From: Chthoniobacteraceae bacterium
GTDB taxonomy: Bacteria; Verrucomicrobiota; Verrucomicrobiia; Chthoniobacterales; Chthoniobacteraceae
Assembly: GCA_040081625.1 (NCBI GenBank)
Contig: JBEBGD010000004.1
Span: 1-64,000 of the forward strand
DNA length: 64,000 nucleotides
Direction of reading: 5' to 3'
How positions within the stretch are numbered: the stretch's first letter is position 1; each line of letters starts with the position of its first letter. A model generated the notes under the pieces. The model worked only from the letters and a program-made list of their open reading frames with translations. It had not been told where the DNA came from and searched no databases. Both the position numbers and the translations under genes were made by a program. This document shows positions 8,075-17,751 of the stretch, piece by piece.

Positions 8075-10471
8075 TTAGCGCTTGTCCGCGGCAAATGTCG
8101 CGAGCTTCACGCCGTCGTCCGCATTCCACACGCGCAGCACGCTGTCGTGCCCGCCCGCGACGACGACCTTGCCGTCGGCGCTCACCGCAGCGGCGCCCAT
8201 GAAGTCGCCGACCTCGGGAAAGACGCGCACTTCCTTTCCGTCGAGCGCGACCAGCCGCACCTTGTTATCGCCTGAACTGGTCACGAGATTCGCGCTAGCT
8301 GCGAGGAAGCGCACAGCGGTCACTTCCTTCTCGTAGCCGTCGATGTTCTTCTTTCGATCGCCCGTTGTCGCGTCCCACACTTTCACGACGCCTTCCGCCC
8401 CGGCACTCACGAGCGTGCGTCCGTCCGCGCTCCAACTCACACCCAGGACATGATGCGTGTGCCCCTCGAAGGAACGCGCCGGCTTTCCCGTCGCGAGATC
8501 GACGATGCGCGCCATCCGGTCGGCGGCCCCGGATGCGAGGAATTTCCCGTCAGTCGAAAATTCCAACGCCAGCACCGCGTCGCTGTGAACCTTCGCGAAC
8601 TCCCGGACGAATCGCCCGTCCGTCGGGTTCCAAAGCTTGATTTCGCCGCCGCGCGATGGCTCGCCGCTGCCCGTTGCGAGGAACTTGCCGTCGCGGCTGA
8701 AAGCGAGCGCGTTCACGCGGTCGGCAAGCGGCGACTTGTTATCGCCGGTGCCGATCACCCGCTCGAGCTTCCACTCCGGCTTGATGTTCCATGCCAGCGC
8801 GCTGCCATCGCCGGCCGAGGACACGAGCTCGCCATTCGCCGGGAACGCGAGCGCAGTGACTGCGGATTGATGTCCCTTCAACACGTCGAACGCCGCGCCA
8901 TTCTCCGCGCTCCACGTGTGGATAAGCTGATCGTCGCCCGCGGTCGCGACCGTCGAATGATCCGGCGAGAACGCCACCGCGAGGATCGTCTGCTCCGCAG
9001 CAGTCGCGGCCTGCCGTGCCGCATTGAGCTCATCGTCCGCGCTCTTCCGAAGCGCCTCCGCGAGATCGACCAAAGCCTTCGCTTCCTTCACGCTGGTCGC
9101 GTTCTTCTCGACCTCGGCTCTCGTGTGCTGGAGTTCCGTCTCGGCCACACCGCGCGCGGCCTCGGCTCGCCTGGCTGCTTCTTCCGCATCGGCGAGCAGC
9201 TTGCCCGCAGGTTCGATCTTTTCCGCCGCCTGCTTACGCTGCGCTTCGCGTTGATCGCGCTCGACGCGCGCTCTCGCCGCGTTTTGCAGCGCAGCCGCGG
9301 CGTCCGCAGCGACCTTGGTCGCATCCACCGCCGCAGCGCCCTTCAGCGCCTCGGTCGCTGCCGTCGCGAGCTTTGCTGCCTTCGCCGCCGCATCCTGCAC
9401 ATTTGCATCGGCCTTCTTTAACTCCGCCTCGCCGCTCGCGAGCGTCTTTGCTGCGACGTCGTTCGCGGCCTTCGCATCGGCGAGCGCTTTCTGTTTCGCC
9501 GCGAGATCCTGCTGCTTCGCCGGCACGGCGGCGACGGACTTCTTCGCACGCTCCTGCGCCGTCGTGAGCGCCTTTTCAGCCGTCTGCACAGCCGCGTTTC
9601 GATACGCGACATTCCCCACTTCGACTTGCAGCGCGCGCTCGCGCCCGGCGACGGCCTCCCGCGCGTGGCGGTTCCCGCGCAACTCGGCGATCACCTTGCC
9701 GTCCGCGCTGCACAACTTCGCCGTGTTCCCTTCCACGGTCACGAACCGCTGCCCGTCCCCACGCGTGATCTTCCCAGTCACACCTGCGATTGGTTGCGCG
9801 GGCTTGCCCTCAATCGCGGCCCGGCGCCAAAGCTTCACCTCGCGGTATCCGCCGCTCGCGAGCAGCATTCCATCCGGACTGAACGCCAGCGCGTTCACCT
9901 GATCCCGATGCGCGACCTCGCTCCACACGGCGCGGCCCGACGGCAGGTGGTAGATGGACAGGCGATTCGCTCGCGCGCACGCCGCAAACTGCCCGTCCGC
10001 CGTGATCGCCACCGCGAAGATCGCGTTGAGATTTCCCGGCAACGGCTGCCACGCGATGACGCGCTCGACCTTCGCCGACGGCTTCGCGCCCTGGTCGATC
10101 CACAGCTTCAGCAGCCCGAGCTGCTCGGCCGTGAGATTCTTCGCCTTCGCCTTGTTCTCGCGCGGCGGCATCACGAGGTCCGCGTCGAGATGCGCCGCCG
10201 CCTGCAGCACCAGGCTCTCGCTCGCCTTTCCGCGCACGATCCCCGCGCCCGATTCCCCGCCCTTGAGCATCAACTCCGGCGTCTCCAGATTCAGTCCACC
10301 CTTGGTCGTCGTCTCGCAATGGCAGGCGAGGCAGTTGTCATTGAGGAAGGGCCGCACCTCGCGCTCGAAATCCACCGGCTCCGTGCTAGTGAGCGCGGCG
10401 ATCGGGAGCGGACCCTTGTCCGCGGCGCTCGCGACGATTGCGACGAAGATGGCGAACAGGGCGGACTTCAT
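8075..10471 (-). CDS. planctomycete cytochrome c domain + WD40 repeat protein with central coiled coil
   Basis: Start reset to MKSALF (ATGA overlap with upstream stop); VDFEREVRP...CLACH...GGLNL; multiple WD repeats; Ala/Lys/Glu-rich coil. Confidence 0.88.
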   Translation of the reverse strand: MKSALFAIFVAIVASAADKGPLPIAALTSTEPVDFEREVRPFLNDNCLACHCETTTKGGLNLETPELMLKGGESGAGIVRGKASESLVLQAAAHLDADLVMPPRENKAKAKNLTAEQLGLLKLWIDQGAKPSAKVERVIAWQPLPGNLNAIFAVAITADGQFAACARANRLSIYHLPSGRAVWSEVAHRDQVNALAFSPDGMLLASGGYREVKLWRRAAIEGKPAQPIAGVTGKITRGDGQRFVTVEGNTAKLCSADGKVIAELRGNRHAREAVAGRERALQVEVGNVAYRNAAVQTAEKALTTAQERAKKSVAAVPAKQQDLAAKQKALADAKAANDVAAKTLASGEAELKKADANVQDAAAKAAKLATAATEALKGAAAVDATKVAADAAAALQNAARARVERDQREAQRKQAAEKIEPAGKLLADAEEAARRAEAARGVAETELQHTRAEVEKNATSVKEAKALVDLAEALRKSADDELNAARQAATAAEQTILAVAFSPDHSTVATAGDDQLIHTWSAENGAAFDVLKGHQSAVTALAFPANGELVSSAGDGSALAWNIKPEWKLERVIGTGDNKSPLADRVNALAFSRDGKFLATGSGEPSRGGEIKLWNPTDGRFVREFAKVHSDAVLALEFSTDGKFLASGAADRMARIVDLATGKPARSFEGHTHHVLGVSWSADGRTLVSAGAEGVVKVWDATTGDRKKNIDGYEKEVTAVRFLAASANLVTSSGDNKVRLVALDGKEVRVFPEVGDFMGAAAVSADGKVVVAGGHDSVLRVWNADDGVKLATFAADKR

Positions 10472-12462
10472 GGTTTCGGTGGGACGACGATTTTGATTGG
10501 CGTCGAGTAGATGGTGGTCACGACATCCTTGCCGCGAAACTTCCCCTTCGTCTGCGCGCTGAAATAGATCGTGTGCTCGCCGGCGGGCAGCTTCCCGACG
10601 CTCGCCGTCGCCGTCGCGGCGGTTGGCGCGACATCGACTTCCTTCACGCCCGCGATATTCGCGCTCAGCTTCAGCGCCTCCTTGAAACCGGCGGTCCGCG
10701 TAACCTTCAGCACGATCTCGCCCGGCTTCGCCTCGGTCGCGTCGATCCGGATCGGCGTCTCCTCCGTCGCACACACCGCGAGGGCGATGTCGCGGCTCAG
10801 CCGCGCCTGCACGCCATCGAGGTTGAAGTCCACGACGGGCCAGCGCACGACACCGCCACGCGCTTCGTGCACGAGGTCGCCAGACTTCCCGACGATGCGA
10901 ATCCCGCCCGTCCACGCCGCCGGCTTTTCCACAACGCTCAGCAACAGGACGCCCTCGCTTTTCCCCGCGGTGATTTTCGCTGGGGCGAAGCTCACGCCCG
11001 GAGGCAGACCCTCGGCGAGCAAGTCAATGTCCCCCGCAAATCCATCCTGCCTCAGCGCGAGCACCTTCACCGCTATCGTCCCTCCCGCGCGCAGCAGCGG
11101 CGTGCGCGGCGTGGCTGCGCGATCGTCCTTTTTTTCCAGCGCCGGTTCGACGAGCGCAACGAGGCGGAAGTCGGCCACCTCCTTGCGAATCGACAAGCGA
11201 TAGATGCTGCGCGGGTCGCTCCGTGCGCCGCCGGAAAGATCGCGAACCGTCACGCGATACGCGCCGTCCTCCTTCACCTCGAAGCGCCACGCAGGATCGT
11301 TGCTCAGCGTGCTGAATTTCTGCCCGCCCACGTTCGTCGCGCTGGCGTAAACTTCCTGAACATCGGCGGCGTCCCGCTGCACGAGCAGGAACGGATTCGT
11401 CGCCACGCCGAGCCGGTGGGAAAAGACCTCGATCCGCCAGACCTCGCCCTTTTTCGCGTCGAACGCGAAACGATCCACGTCGCCCGCGGGGAAAAACTGC
11501 CCGGTGATCTCGCATGGCGGCGTGACCTTCCGCGGCTCCTCCCCGGATGCGCGCTCGGCGACGACCGGTGCGGTGGCGAAGCTGATGAATACAGGGTTCG
11601 CATCGCCATGCCGGTAGCTGAATCCATCGACCACGGCGGCCGCCGGACTGCTCAGCCCATCGACGCGCGAGTCGCCTTTCGCCGGCACATCGATCTCCAC
11701 TTCGAGCTTCCCACCGTCCGGCAGGTTCCGTCCGTGGAGCGTGAACTTCGCCCGCTTGCCCGGTTCCGCGGACGACGGCAGGACGTAGTCGATCCGCGGC
11801 CCCGTGCGAATCGCCAGCCGGTAGAAATGCTCCGGGCCGCCGGCGAAGGTGAGGTCGTGCAGCTTCACCAGGAACGGGCCTTCGACCGGCGCCGTGAAGT
11901 CGAGCACGCCGCCAATTCGGCTCGTGGCCAACTCGCGTCCGGCTGGATCGAGCACGGAAATCACGGACTTGATCCGCGAGTCAATTTCGATTCCCGCGCA
12001 CTCGATGATCACGCGCTGGTTGCGCTTCGCGCCGAATCGGAAATAGTCGGCAGTCGCCGCGGTCGCAGCGCCGTTGAAGACGGTGTCGGGCGCGAGATCC
12101 ACCGCCGACTCGATCGCGCTGTGCGGCTTGGCCTTCACCGACTCCGGCAGCGTGCCGACGACGAACGCCCGCGGGCTCGACACTCCGAGCGGGCCGCTCA
12201 CACGCGCGTCGTAGATTCCCGCGGGGACACCCGGCGCGATCTTCACGATGAAGCGTTTGTCCTTCGCGACCGCAGTGATGCCCGCGTGGGTGAAGTGCAT
12301 CGCGTTCATGCCATCGATGTTCGCGCCCGTGATCGCGACCTCGACCTCACTCCCCGTCTTGCCGCCGGGCGGGAAGACCGTGTCGAGCCGGGGCTCCGGG
12401 AGATCGGCAGCGTGCAGCGCAGCGACGAAGACAGACAGGATGCCGAGCGCGCGTCTCAACAT
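10468..12462 (-). CDS. PPC (pre-peptidase C-terminal) domain-containing secreted protein
   Basis: Signal peptide; VFPPGGK.G..VEV.ITG; repeated D.FRF.AK.G....IE motifs typical of this PVC cluster. Confidence 0.8.
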   Translation of the reverse strand: MLRRALGILSVFVAALHAADLPEPRLDTVFPPGGKTGSEVEVAITGANIDGMNAMHFTHAGITAVAKDKRFIVKIAPGVPAGIYDARVSGPLGVSSPRAFVVGTLPESVKAKPHSAIESAVDLAPDTVFNGAATAATADYFRFGAKRNQRVIIECAGIEIDSRIKSVISVLDPAGRELATSRIGGVLDFTAPVEGPFLVKLHDLTFAGGPEHFYRLAIRTGPRIDYVLPSSAEPGKRAKFTLHGRNLPDGGKLEVEIDVPAKGDSRVDGLSSPAAAVVDGFSYRHGDANPVFISFATAPVVAERASGEEPRKVTPPCEITGQFFPAGDVDRFAFDAKKGEVWRIEVFSHRLGVATNPFLLVQRDAADVQEVYASATNVGGQKFSTLSNDPAWRFEVKEDGAYRVTVRDLSGGARSDPRSIYRLSIRKEVADFRLVALVEPALEKKDDRAATPRTPLLRAGGTIAVKVLALRQDGFAGDIDLLAEGLPPGVSFAPAKITAGKSEGVLLLSVVEKPAAWTGGIRIVGKSGDLVHEARGGVVRWPVVDFNLDGVQARLSRDIALAVCATEETPIRIDATEAKPGEIVLKVTRTAGFKEALKLSANIAGVKEVDVAPTAATATASVGKLPAGEHTIYFSAQTKGKFRGKDVVTTIYSTPIKIVVPPKP

Positions 12463-12468
12463 TTCGGA

Positions 12469-14934
12469 TCAGTGATTAAACAGAAACTCCTTCGTGTTGA
12501 GGATCGCCCACACGATGTCCTCGTAGCCGAGGCGCTTGCCTTTAGCGGCGTCGAGCGGCTGGCCGTCGGCGGCTTTGCGCGGCTTGTCGAGGTGCGTCTT
12601 CGCTAGCGTGAGCTCGCCAGCATCGGGCTGGCGCGCGTAGGCGGCGAGATACAGCTCGCGCAGCTTCTCCTCGTCGCTGCGTGAATCGCCCGCGAGCTGC
12701 GCGGCGACACCGGAATCGCTCGCGAGCTTTTCCTGGATATCCTTCGCATTCAGCAGGTGCAGCGCCTGCGCGAGGCTGGCCTCCTGCGTGCGCTCGCACT
12801 CACACGCACTCGATGAATCGGGCCGGCCGAAGACGCTGAGAAAATATGAACTGGAGTTGAAGCTGTTGTCGGGCAGCGAAATCGCGCGCGTCCCCGGCGG
12901 CATTCCGGCGAACGTGCCGGGTGTGCGCGTGACGGCGTTGAGCGCGTCGAGCAGCACCTCGGCGGTGAGCCGCTTCGCGTAGTAGCGGGAGAAGCCCTGA
13001 CGGTCGCCGGCGTTGTGTTCGTTTGGCAGGGCGCTGAGCTGGTAGGTGCGCGATTGCGTGATGTCGCGGACGAGCGCCTTCAGATCGTAGCCGCTCCCGA
13101 CGAAACGCTCCGCGAGAGCGTCGAGCAGTTCGGGGTTCGACGGCGGGTTCGTCTCGCGCAGGTCGTCCTCGGGCTCGACGATGCCGCGGTTGAAGAAGTG
13201 CTTCCAATAACGGTTCACGACGGCGCGCGCGAAGAACGGGTTCGCGCGGTTGCTCATCCAATCGGCAAGCGCGAGCCGCGGGTCGTCGTCGGGCGCGATC
13301 TCGAGCGGGCCGGTGCCGAGCGCGGCGGGCTTCACGGGCTGCTTGGTCTTCTTGTTGATCGCGGTGGCGACGCCGCGCTTGTGGAAGATGATCTCGCGAT
13401 CCTTCGGCTCCGTCGCCTTGCGCCCGATCTGCCCGAAGAACGCGGCGAAGCTGTAGTAGTCGGCCTGGCTCCACTTCTCGTAGGGGTGGTGATGGCACTG
13501 CGCACATTGCAGCCGCTGGCCGAGGAAAAGCTGCGCGGCGTCCTCGAGTTGCTGCTGCGGCTCCTTCACCTGCCGATACCACGCGGCGGGCGGATTCTCG
13601 GCGATGTCGCCGGACGCGGCGAGGATTTCGCGGACGAATTCGTTGTAAGGTTTGTTCGCGCGGAGACTGTCGCGGACCCATCCGTGGAAGGCGAACGTGC
13701 CCGCCGCATCGGCCGGCTTCGCGCGCTTGTTGCGCAGCAGCGCGCTCCATTTGTTCGCGAAGGTGTCCGCGTATTCAGGGCTCGCGAGCAGCGCGTCGAT
13801 GAGCTTGTCGCGCTTGGCAGGATCGGCGTCGGCGAGGAAGGCGCGCGTCTCGTCGAGCGTCGGCAGCCGGCCGGCGATGTCGATGCTCACGCGGCGGATG
13901 AAGGTCGCGTCATCGCTCGCCGGCGACGGCGGCACGCCCATGGTCTTGAGCTTCGCGAAGACGAGTTCGTCCACGTAGTTGCGCGGCGCAGGCAGATTCT
14001 CGACGGGCGCGCCGAGCGGCACGGTGGCGCGGAAGACGGTCGCCTTGTCCTGGTAGCGCACCATGATCGCGACATCGCCGTGCTGGTCGGAAAGCGCGAC
14101 GTGGCCGTCTTCGCCCGCCTCGGCCATGGTCTTCTCGTTCGGTTCGTAGAGCGCGCTGTGCGTGACGTCCTGCACGGCGCCGTCGCTGTAACGCGCGAGC
14201 ACCACGAGTTGCTGCTCACCGCGGAGCGCCATCGTCCGCTTCCGCGGCAGCACTTCGATGCTCGCGAGCTTCGGGTCGGTGTCGCGGCCGACTGGCATGC
14301 CCTGCGCGACCCAGCGCACGAGCAGCGCGTAGTCGGCGGACTTCGGATCGAGCCGTTTGCCGCCTCCGTGCGGCACCTGCGCGGCGCCTTTCAAAAGCAG
14401 CAGGCTGTTCTCCGGCGCGGCGGGGAAGACGCGGCGCCCGCGCGCTTCCTTCACGATGTGCTCGTAGTCCTCGTCGGGCTCGAAGCCGAGCAGCGAGAGC
14501 TTGAATCCATTCTGCCCGCTCGCCTTGCCGTGGCAGCCGCCGGAGTTGCAGCCGGCCTTGGTGAAGACGGGGACGATGTCGTTGGCGAAGTTGATCGGGC
14601 GCAGGTTCGCGGAGCCTTCCACTTTCACCGCGAGCGTCGCGGTCGCGCCGTCGCTGCTGGCGCTGATCGTCGCGGTGCCGTCGGCGATCGCGGCGACGAC
14701 TCCGTTCGCGTCCACGCTCACGATGCCGGCCGGCGTCGCCGTGTAGGTCGCCTTGTGCGTCGCATCGCGCACCGCGCCGTCGTCGAGTGTCGCGGTGATG
14801 AGCAGTTGCTGGCGCGCGTCCTTTCCGCGCAGCGAGAGCGCGCCGGCGGGTTCGATCTGAAGGCTCGCAGACTTGCCGAAAGCGGCGGCGACGAGAGCGA
14901 GCAGGCAGGCGGGGATGACGTGGGTGAGTTTCAT
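12469..14934 (-). CDS. DUF1549/DUF1553 (PSD1) domain protein with Ig-like (Big_2) domains
   Basis: GCNSGGCHGK..GQNGFKLSL, D.TFIRRV.IDI.GRLPT, CAQCHHHPYEKW, NPFFARA.VNR.W, RL.AEVL.D, LNTKEFLFNH. Confidence 0.92.
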   Translation of the reverse strand: MKLTHVIPACLLALVAAAFGKSASLQIEPAGALSLRGKDARQQLLITATLDDGAVRDATHKATYTATPAGIVSVDANGVVAAIADGTATISASSDGATATLAVKVEGSANLRPINFANDIVPVFTKAGCNSGGCHGKASGQNGFKLSLLGFEPDEDYEHIVKEARGRRVFPAAPENSLLLLKGAAQVPHGGGKRLDPKSADYALLVRWVAQGMPVGRDTDPKLASIEVLPRKRTMALRGEQQLVVLARYSDGAVQDVTHSALYEPNEKTMAEAGEDGHVALSDQHGDVAIMVRYQDKATVFRATVPLGAPVENLPAPRNYVDELVFAKLKTMGVPPSPASDDATFIRRVSIDIAGRLPTLDETRAFLADADPAKRDKLIDALLASPEYADTFANKWSALLRNKRAKPADAAGTFAFHGWVRDSLRANKPYNEFVREILAASGDIAENPPAAWYRQVKEPQQQLEDAAQLFLGQRLQCAQCHHHPYEKWSQADYYSFAAFFGQIGRKATEPKDREIIFHKRGVATAINKKTKQPVKPAALGTGPLEIAPDDDPRLALADWMSNRANPFFARAVVNRYWKHFFNRGIVEPEDDLRETNPPSNPELLDALAERFVGSGYDLKALVRDITQSRTYQLSALPNEHNAGDRQGFSRYYAKRLTAEVLLDALNAVTRTPGTFAGMPPGTRAISLPDNSFNSSSYFLSVFGRPDSSSACECERTQEASLAQALHLLNAKDIQEKLASDSGVAAQLAGDSRSDEEKLRELYLAAYARQPDAGELTLAKTHLDKPRKAADGQPLDAAKGKRLGYEDIVWAILNTKEFLFNH

Positions 14935-14938
14935 CGGA

Positions 14939-16285
14939 TCAAATGAGTTCCTTCATCGGCAGCCAGCCATCGACGAGATAGTGCGGGCGACCGGAGAGGT
15001 CGGGGAGCGTGACGGTCGCGAGGTCGATGCCGAGCCAATGGTAGAGCGTCGCGAAGACTTCGCCGAAGTGGACCGGACGCTCGGTCGGCTCGCCGCCGAG
15101 GCGATCGGTCGCGCCGATGACCTGCCCGGTCTTGAAGCCGCCGCCCGCGACGACGCCACAGCCGACGCGCGGCCAGTGGTCGCGACCGCCGTCCTGGTTG
15201 ATGGTCGGCGTGCGGCCGAACTCGCCCCACGCGACGACGGCCACATCCTTGTCGAGCCCGCGCTGGTGCAGGTCCTCGATGAGCGCGCTGTAGCCCTGGT
15301 CGAACAGCGGCAGATGCGTGAGCAGCTCGGAGTGATTGCGCGCGTGGAAATCCCAACGCCCGAAATTCATCGTGACGCAGCGCGCACCGGCCTCGACGAG
15401 TCGGCGTGCGACGAGGAAGTGCTCGTTGTTGCGCGGTGCGCCGTCGCCGTAGTTTTTCGGGTCGCCCTTGCCGTAACGCTCGCGGACTTTCGGGTCCTCC
15501 TTCGTCACGTCGAGCGCGTCGAGCAGGCGGCTCGAGGTGAGCACGTTGAAGGCTTGCTGATCGAAGACATCGAGTGCGTCCATCAGTCCGCTGTGATCCG
15601 CGTCGCGGCGGAAAGTATCGAAGCTCGCGAGCAGCGCCTGTCGATCGGCGAGGCGGTCGCTGGTGATGCCGTTGAGCGCGAGGTCGCTCGTGCCGACGCC
15701 GTTCGGGCGGAAGGCGGCGCAAGCCGGTCCGAGGAAGCCGGGATGCCCCGGCGAGCCGTAGGGCGGATGGCCGGCATTCGGCGCGAGACCGACGAAAGGC
15801 GGCACCGCTTTGCCGGTCTCGGCGCAGAGCTTCGTCATGACCGAACCGATGGATGGCCAGCCGCCGGGCGGCGCTGGCACGCCACGCGCGGAGTGGCCGG
15901 TGTAGCAGATGTGTGAATCGTGATCGCCGCTGAGCGAACCGACCATCGAGCGGATCGGCACGAGCTTGTCCATGATCCGCGCGCAATGCGGCATGTGCTC
16001 GGAAATCTGGATGCCCGGCACCTTGGTTCCGATCGGCTTGTAAGGGCCGCGGATCTCGAGCGGCGCGTCCATCTTCAAGTCGAAGAGGTCCTGATGCGGC
16101 GGCGCGCCGGCCATGTAGATCATGATCACCGACTTCGGCGATTTGCGGATGCCGGACTGCGCCTCGGCGCGGAGGATTTGCGGCAAGCTGAGGCCGCCCA
16201 TCGCGAGGCCGCCGATCTTCAGGAAGTCGCGGCGCGTGACTCCGTCGCAGAAGCGGCCCGTGGGTTGTCCTTTGATCGTCAGCAC
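14939..16285 (-). CDS. DUF1501 family protein (copy 2)
   Basis: Start reset to GTG (VLTIKG); FCDG.TRRDFL twin-Arg-like leader, [34 protein letters not shown]. Confidence 0.9.
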   Translation of the reverse strand: MLTIKGQPTGRFCDGVTRRDFLKIGGLAMGGLSLPQILRAEAQSGIRKSPKSVIMIYMAGAPPHQDLFDLKMDAPLEIRGPYKPIGTKVPGIQISEHMPHCARIMDKLVPIRSMVGSLSGDHDSHICYTGHSARGVPAPPGGWPSIGSVMTKLCAETGKAVPPFVGLAPNAGHPPYGSPGHPGFLGPACAAFRPNGVGTSDLALNGITSDRLADRQALLASFDTFRRDADHSGLMDALDVFDQQAFNVLTSSRLLDALDVTKEDPKVRERYGKGDPKNYGDGAPRNNEHFLVARRLVEAGARCVTMNFGRWDFHARNHSELLTHLPLFDQGYSALIEDLHQRGLDKDVAVVAWGEFGRTPTINQDGGRDHWPRVGCGVVAGGGFKTGQVIGATDRLGGEPTERPVHFGEVFATLYHWLGIDLATVTLPDLSGRPHYLVDGWLPMKELI

Positions 16286-16287
16286 GG

Positions 16288-17631
16288 CTAGATGAGCTCC
16301 TTCATCGGCACGCAGCCGGGCTCGACGAGATACTGCGGGCGGCCGGAGAGGTCGTCGATGGTGACCTTGCTCACGTCGATTCCGAGCCGCTGATAGAGCG
16401 TCGCGAAGACTTCGCCGAAGCGCACGGGCCGCTCGGTCGCTTCGCCGCCGAGGCGATCGGTCGCGCCGATGACTTGCCCATGCCGCATCCCGCCGCCGGC
16501 GAGCAGCGCGCACGAGACGCGCGGCCAGTGGTCGCGACCGGCGTCCTTGTTGATCGTCGGGGTGCGGCCAAACTCGCCCCAGACGACGACCGACACGTCG
16601 TTTTCGAGCCCGCGCTCGCGCAGGTCGCCGAGCAGCGCGGTGAGGCCTTGATCGAGCAGCGGCAGGTCCTGACGCAGCGCGTCGAAGTTCTTTCCGTGAT
16701 GATCCCACCGGCTGAATGCGACCGTGACACAGCGCGCGCCCGCTTCGACGAGACGCCGCGCGGCGAGGAAGTGCTCCATCAACTTCGGTCCGCCGTCGTC
16801 GCGGTTCTTCGGATCGCCTTTGCCGTAGCGCGCGGCGATGCGCGGATCCTCTTTCGTCACGTCGAGCGCATTGAGCAGCGCACTCGAGGTGAGCACGCCG
16901 AAGGCTTGCTGATTAAATGCATCGAGCCCGCCCATCAGTCCGCTCGCATCCACGTCGCGGCGGAATTTATCGAAGCCGGTGAGCAGCGTCTGGCGATCGG
17001 AGAGCCGGTCGAGCGTCACGCCGTTGAGCGTCATGTCTTCGCGACCGCTGCCCTTGTTCGGCTCGAAGGGCGCGTGCCGCACGCCGAGGAAGCCGGGCTC
17101 GCCGCAGCGCGCCCATTCCATGTGTCCCATCTTCGGCGCCATGCCGACAAAAGGCGGCACCGCGGGATCGCACGCGCCTTGCAGCTTCGCGAGGACCGAG
17201 CCGAAGGCCGGCCATCCGCCGGGCGGCTGGTTCTTAAACTCGCGCCCCGTGAGGCACTGGAATGCGTCGTGCCGTCCGTCGCAGTCGCTCATCGAGCGGA
17301 TGAGCGTGCAGCGATCCATCATCTTCGCGAGCAGCGGCAGATGCTCGGTGATCTGGATGCCCGGCACGTTCGTCGCGATCGGGCGGAACTCGCCGCGCAC
17401 CTCGCTCGGCGCGTCCATCTTCAAATCGAAGATGTCCTGATGCGACGGGCCGCCGGGCAGGAAGATCATGATCACCGCCTTGTGCGGACGACGCACGCCG
17501 GACTCCGCCTCCGCGCGCAGCATCGCCGGCAGACTCATCCCGCCGAGCGCGAGCCCGCCGATGCGCAGGAAGTCGCGCCGCGACACGCCATCGCAAAAGC
17601 GCGGAGTCTTGCTGCCGTAAATGGTGAGCAT
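16288..17631 (-). CDS. DUF1501 family protein (copy 1)
   Basis: [45 protein letters not shown]. Confidence 0.92.
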   Translation of the reverse strand: MLTIYGSKTPRFCDGVSRRDFLRIGGLALGGMSLPAMLRAEAESGVRRPHKAVIMIFLPGGPSHQDIFDLKMDAPSEVRGEFRPIATNVPGIQITEHLPLLAKMMDRCTLIRSMSDCDGRHDAFQCLTGREFKNQPPGGWPAFGSVLAKLQGACDPAVPPFVGMAPKMGHMEWARCGEPGFLGVRHAPFEPNKGSGREDMTLNGVTLDRLSDRQTLLTGFDKFRRDVDASGLMGGLDAFNQQAFGVLTSSALLNALDVTKEDPRIAARYGKGDPKNRDDGGPKLMEHFLAARRLVEAGARCVTVAFSRWDHHGKNFDALRQDLPLLDQGLTALLGDLRERGLENDVSVVVWGEFGRTPTINKDAGRDHWPRVSCALLAGGGMRHGQVIGATDRLGGEATERPVRFGEVFATLYQRLGIDVSKVTIDDLSGRPQYLVEPGCVPMKELI

Positions 17632-17751
17632 CGGTGGTGTTCGGTTGGGGCGAGCCGGGGCGGCTCACGCTGGGAAAGACCATGCGCACCGGACTTTCTT
17701 AGCGAGTGGCGCGGCTTGACGGATGGACCTTCCATCTGCGGTAGTGCGCCC

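Noticed and set aside
9000..9620. Repetitive GCC/TTC-rich DNA as a repeat element
   Set aside because: Explained by the Ala/Lys/Glu coiled coil within the WD40 protein
16474..17751. N-terminal 426 aa of the 928-aa ORF as part of the MscS protein
   Set aside because: Antisense to DUF1501; the hydrophobic channel sequence and a promoter-like element begin near 17752
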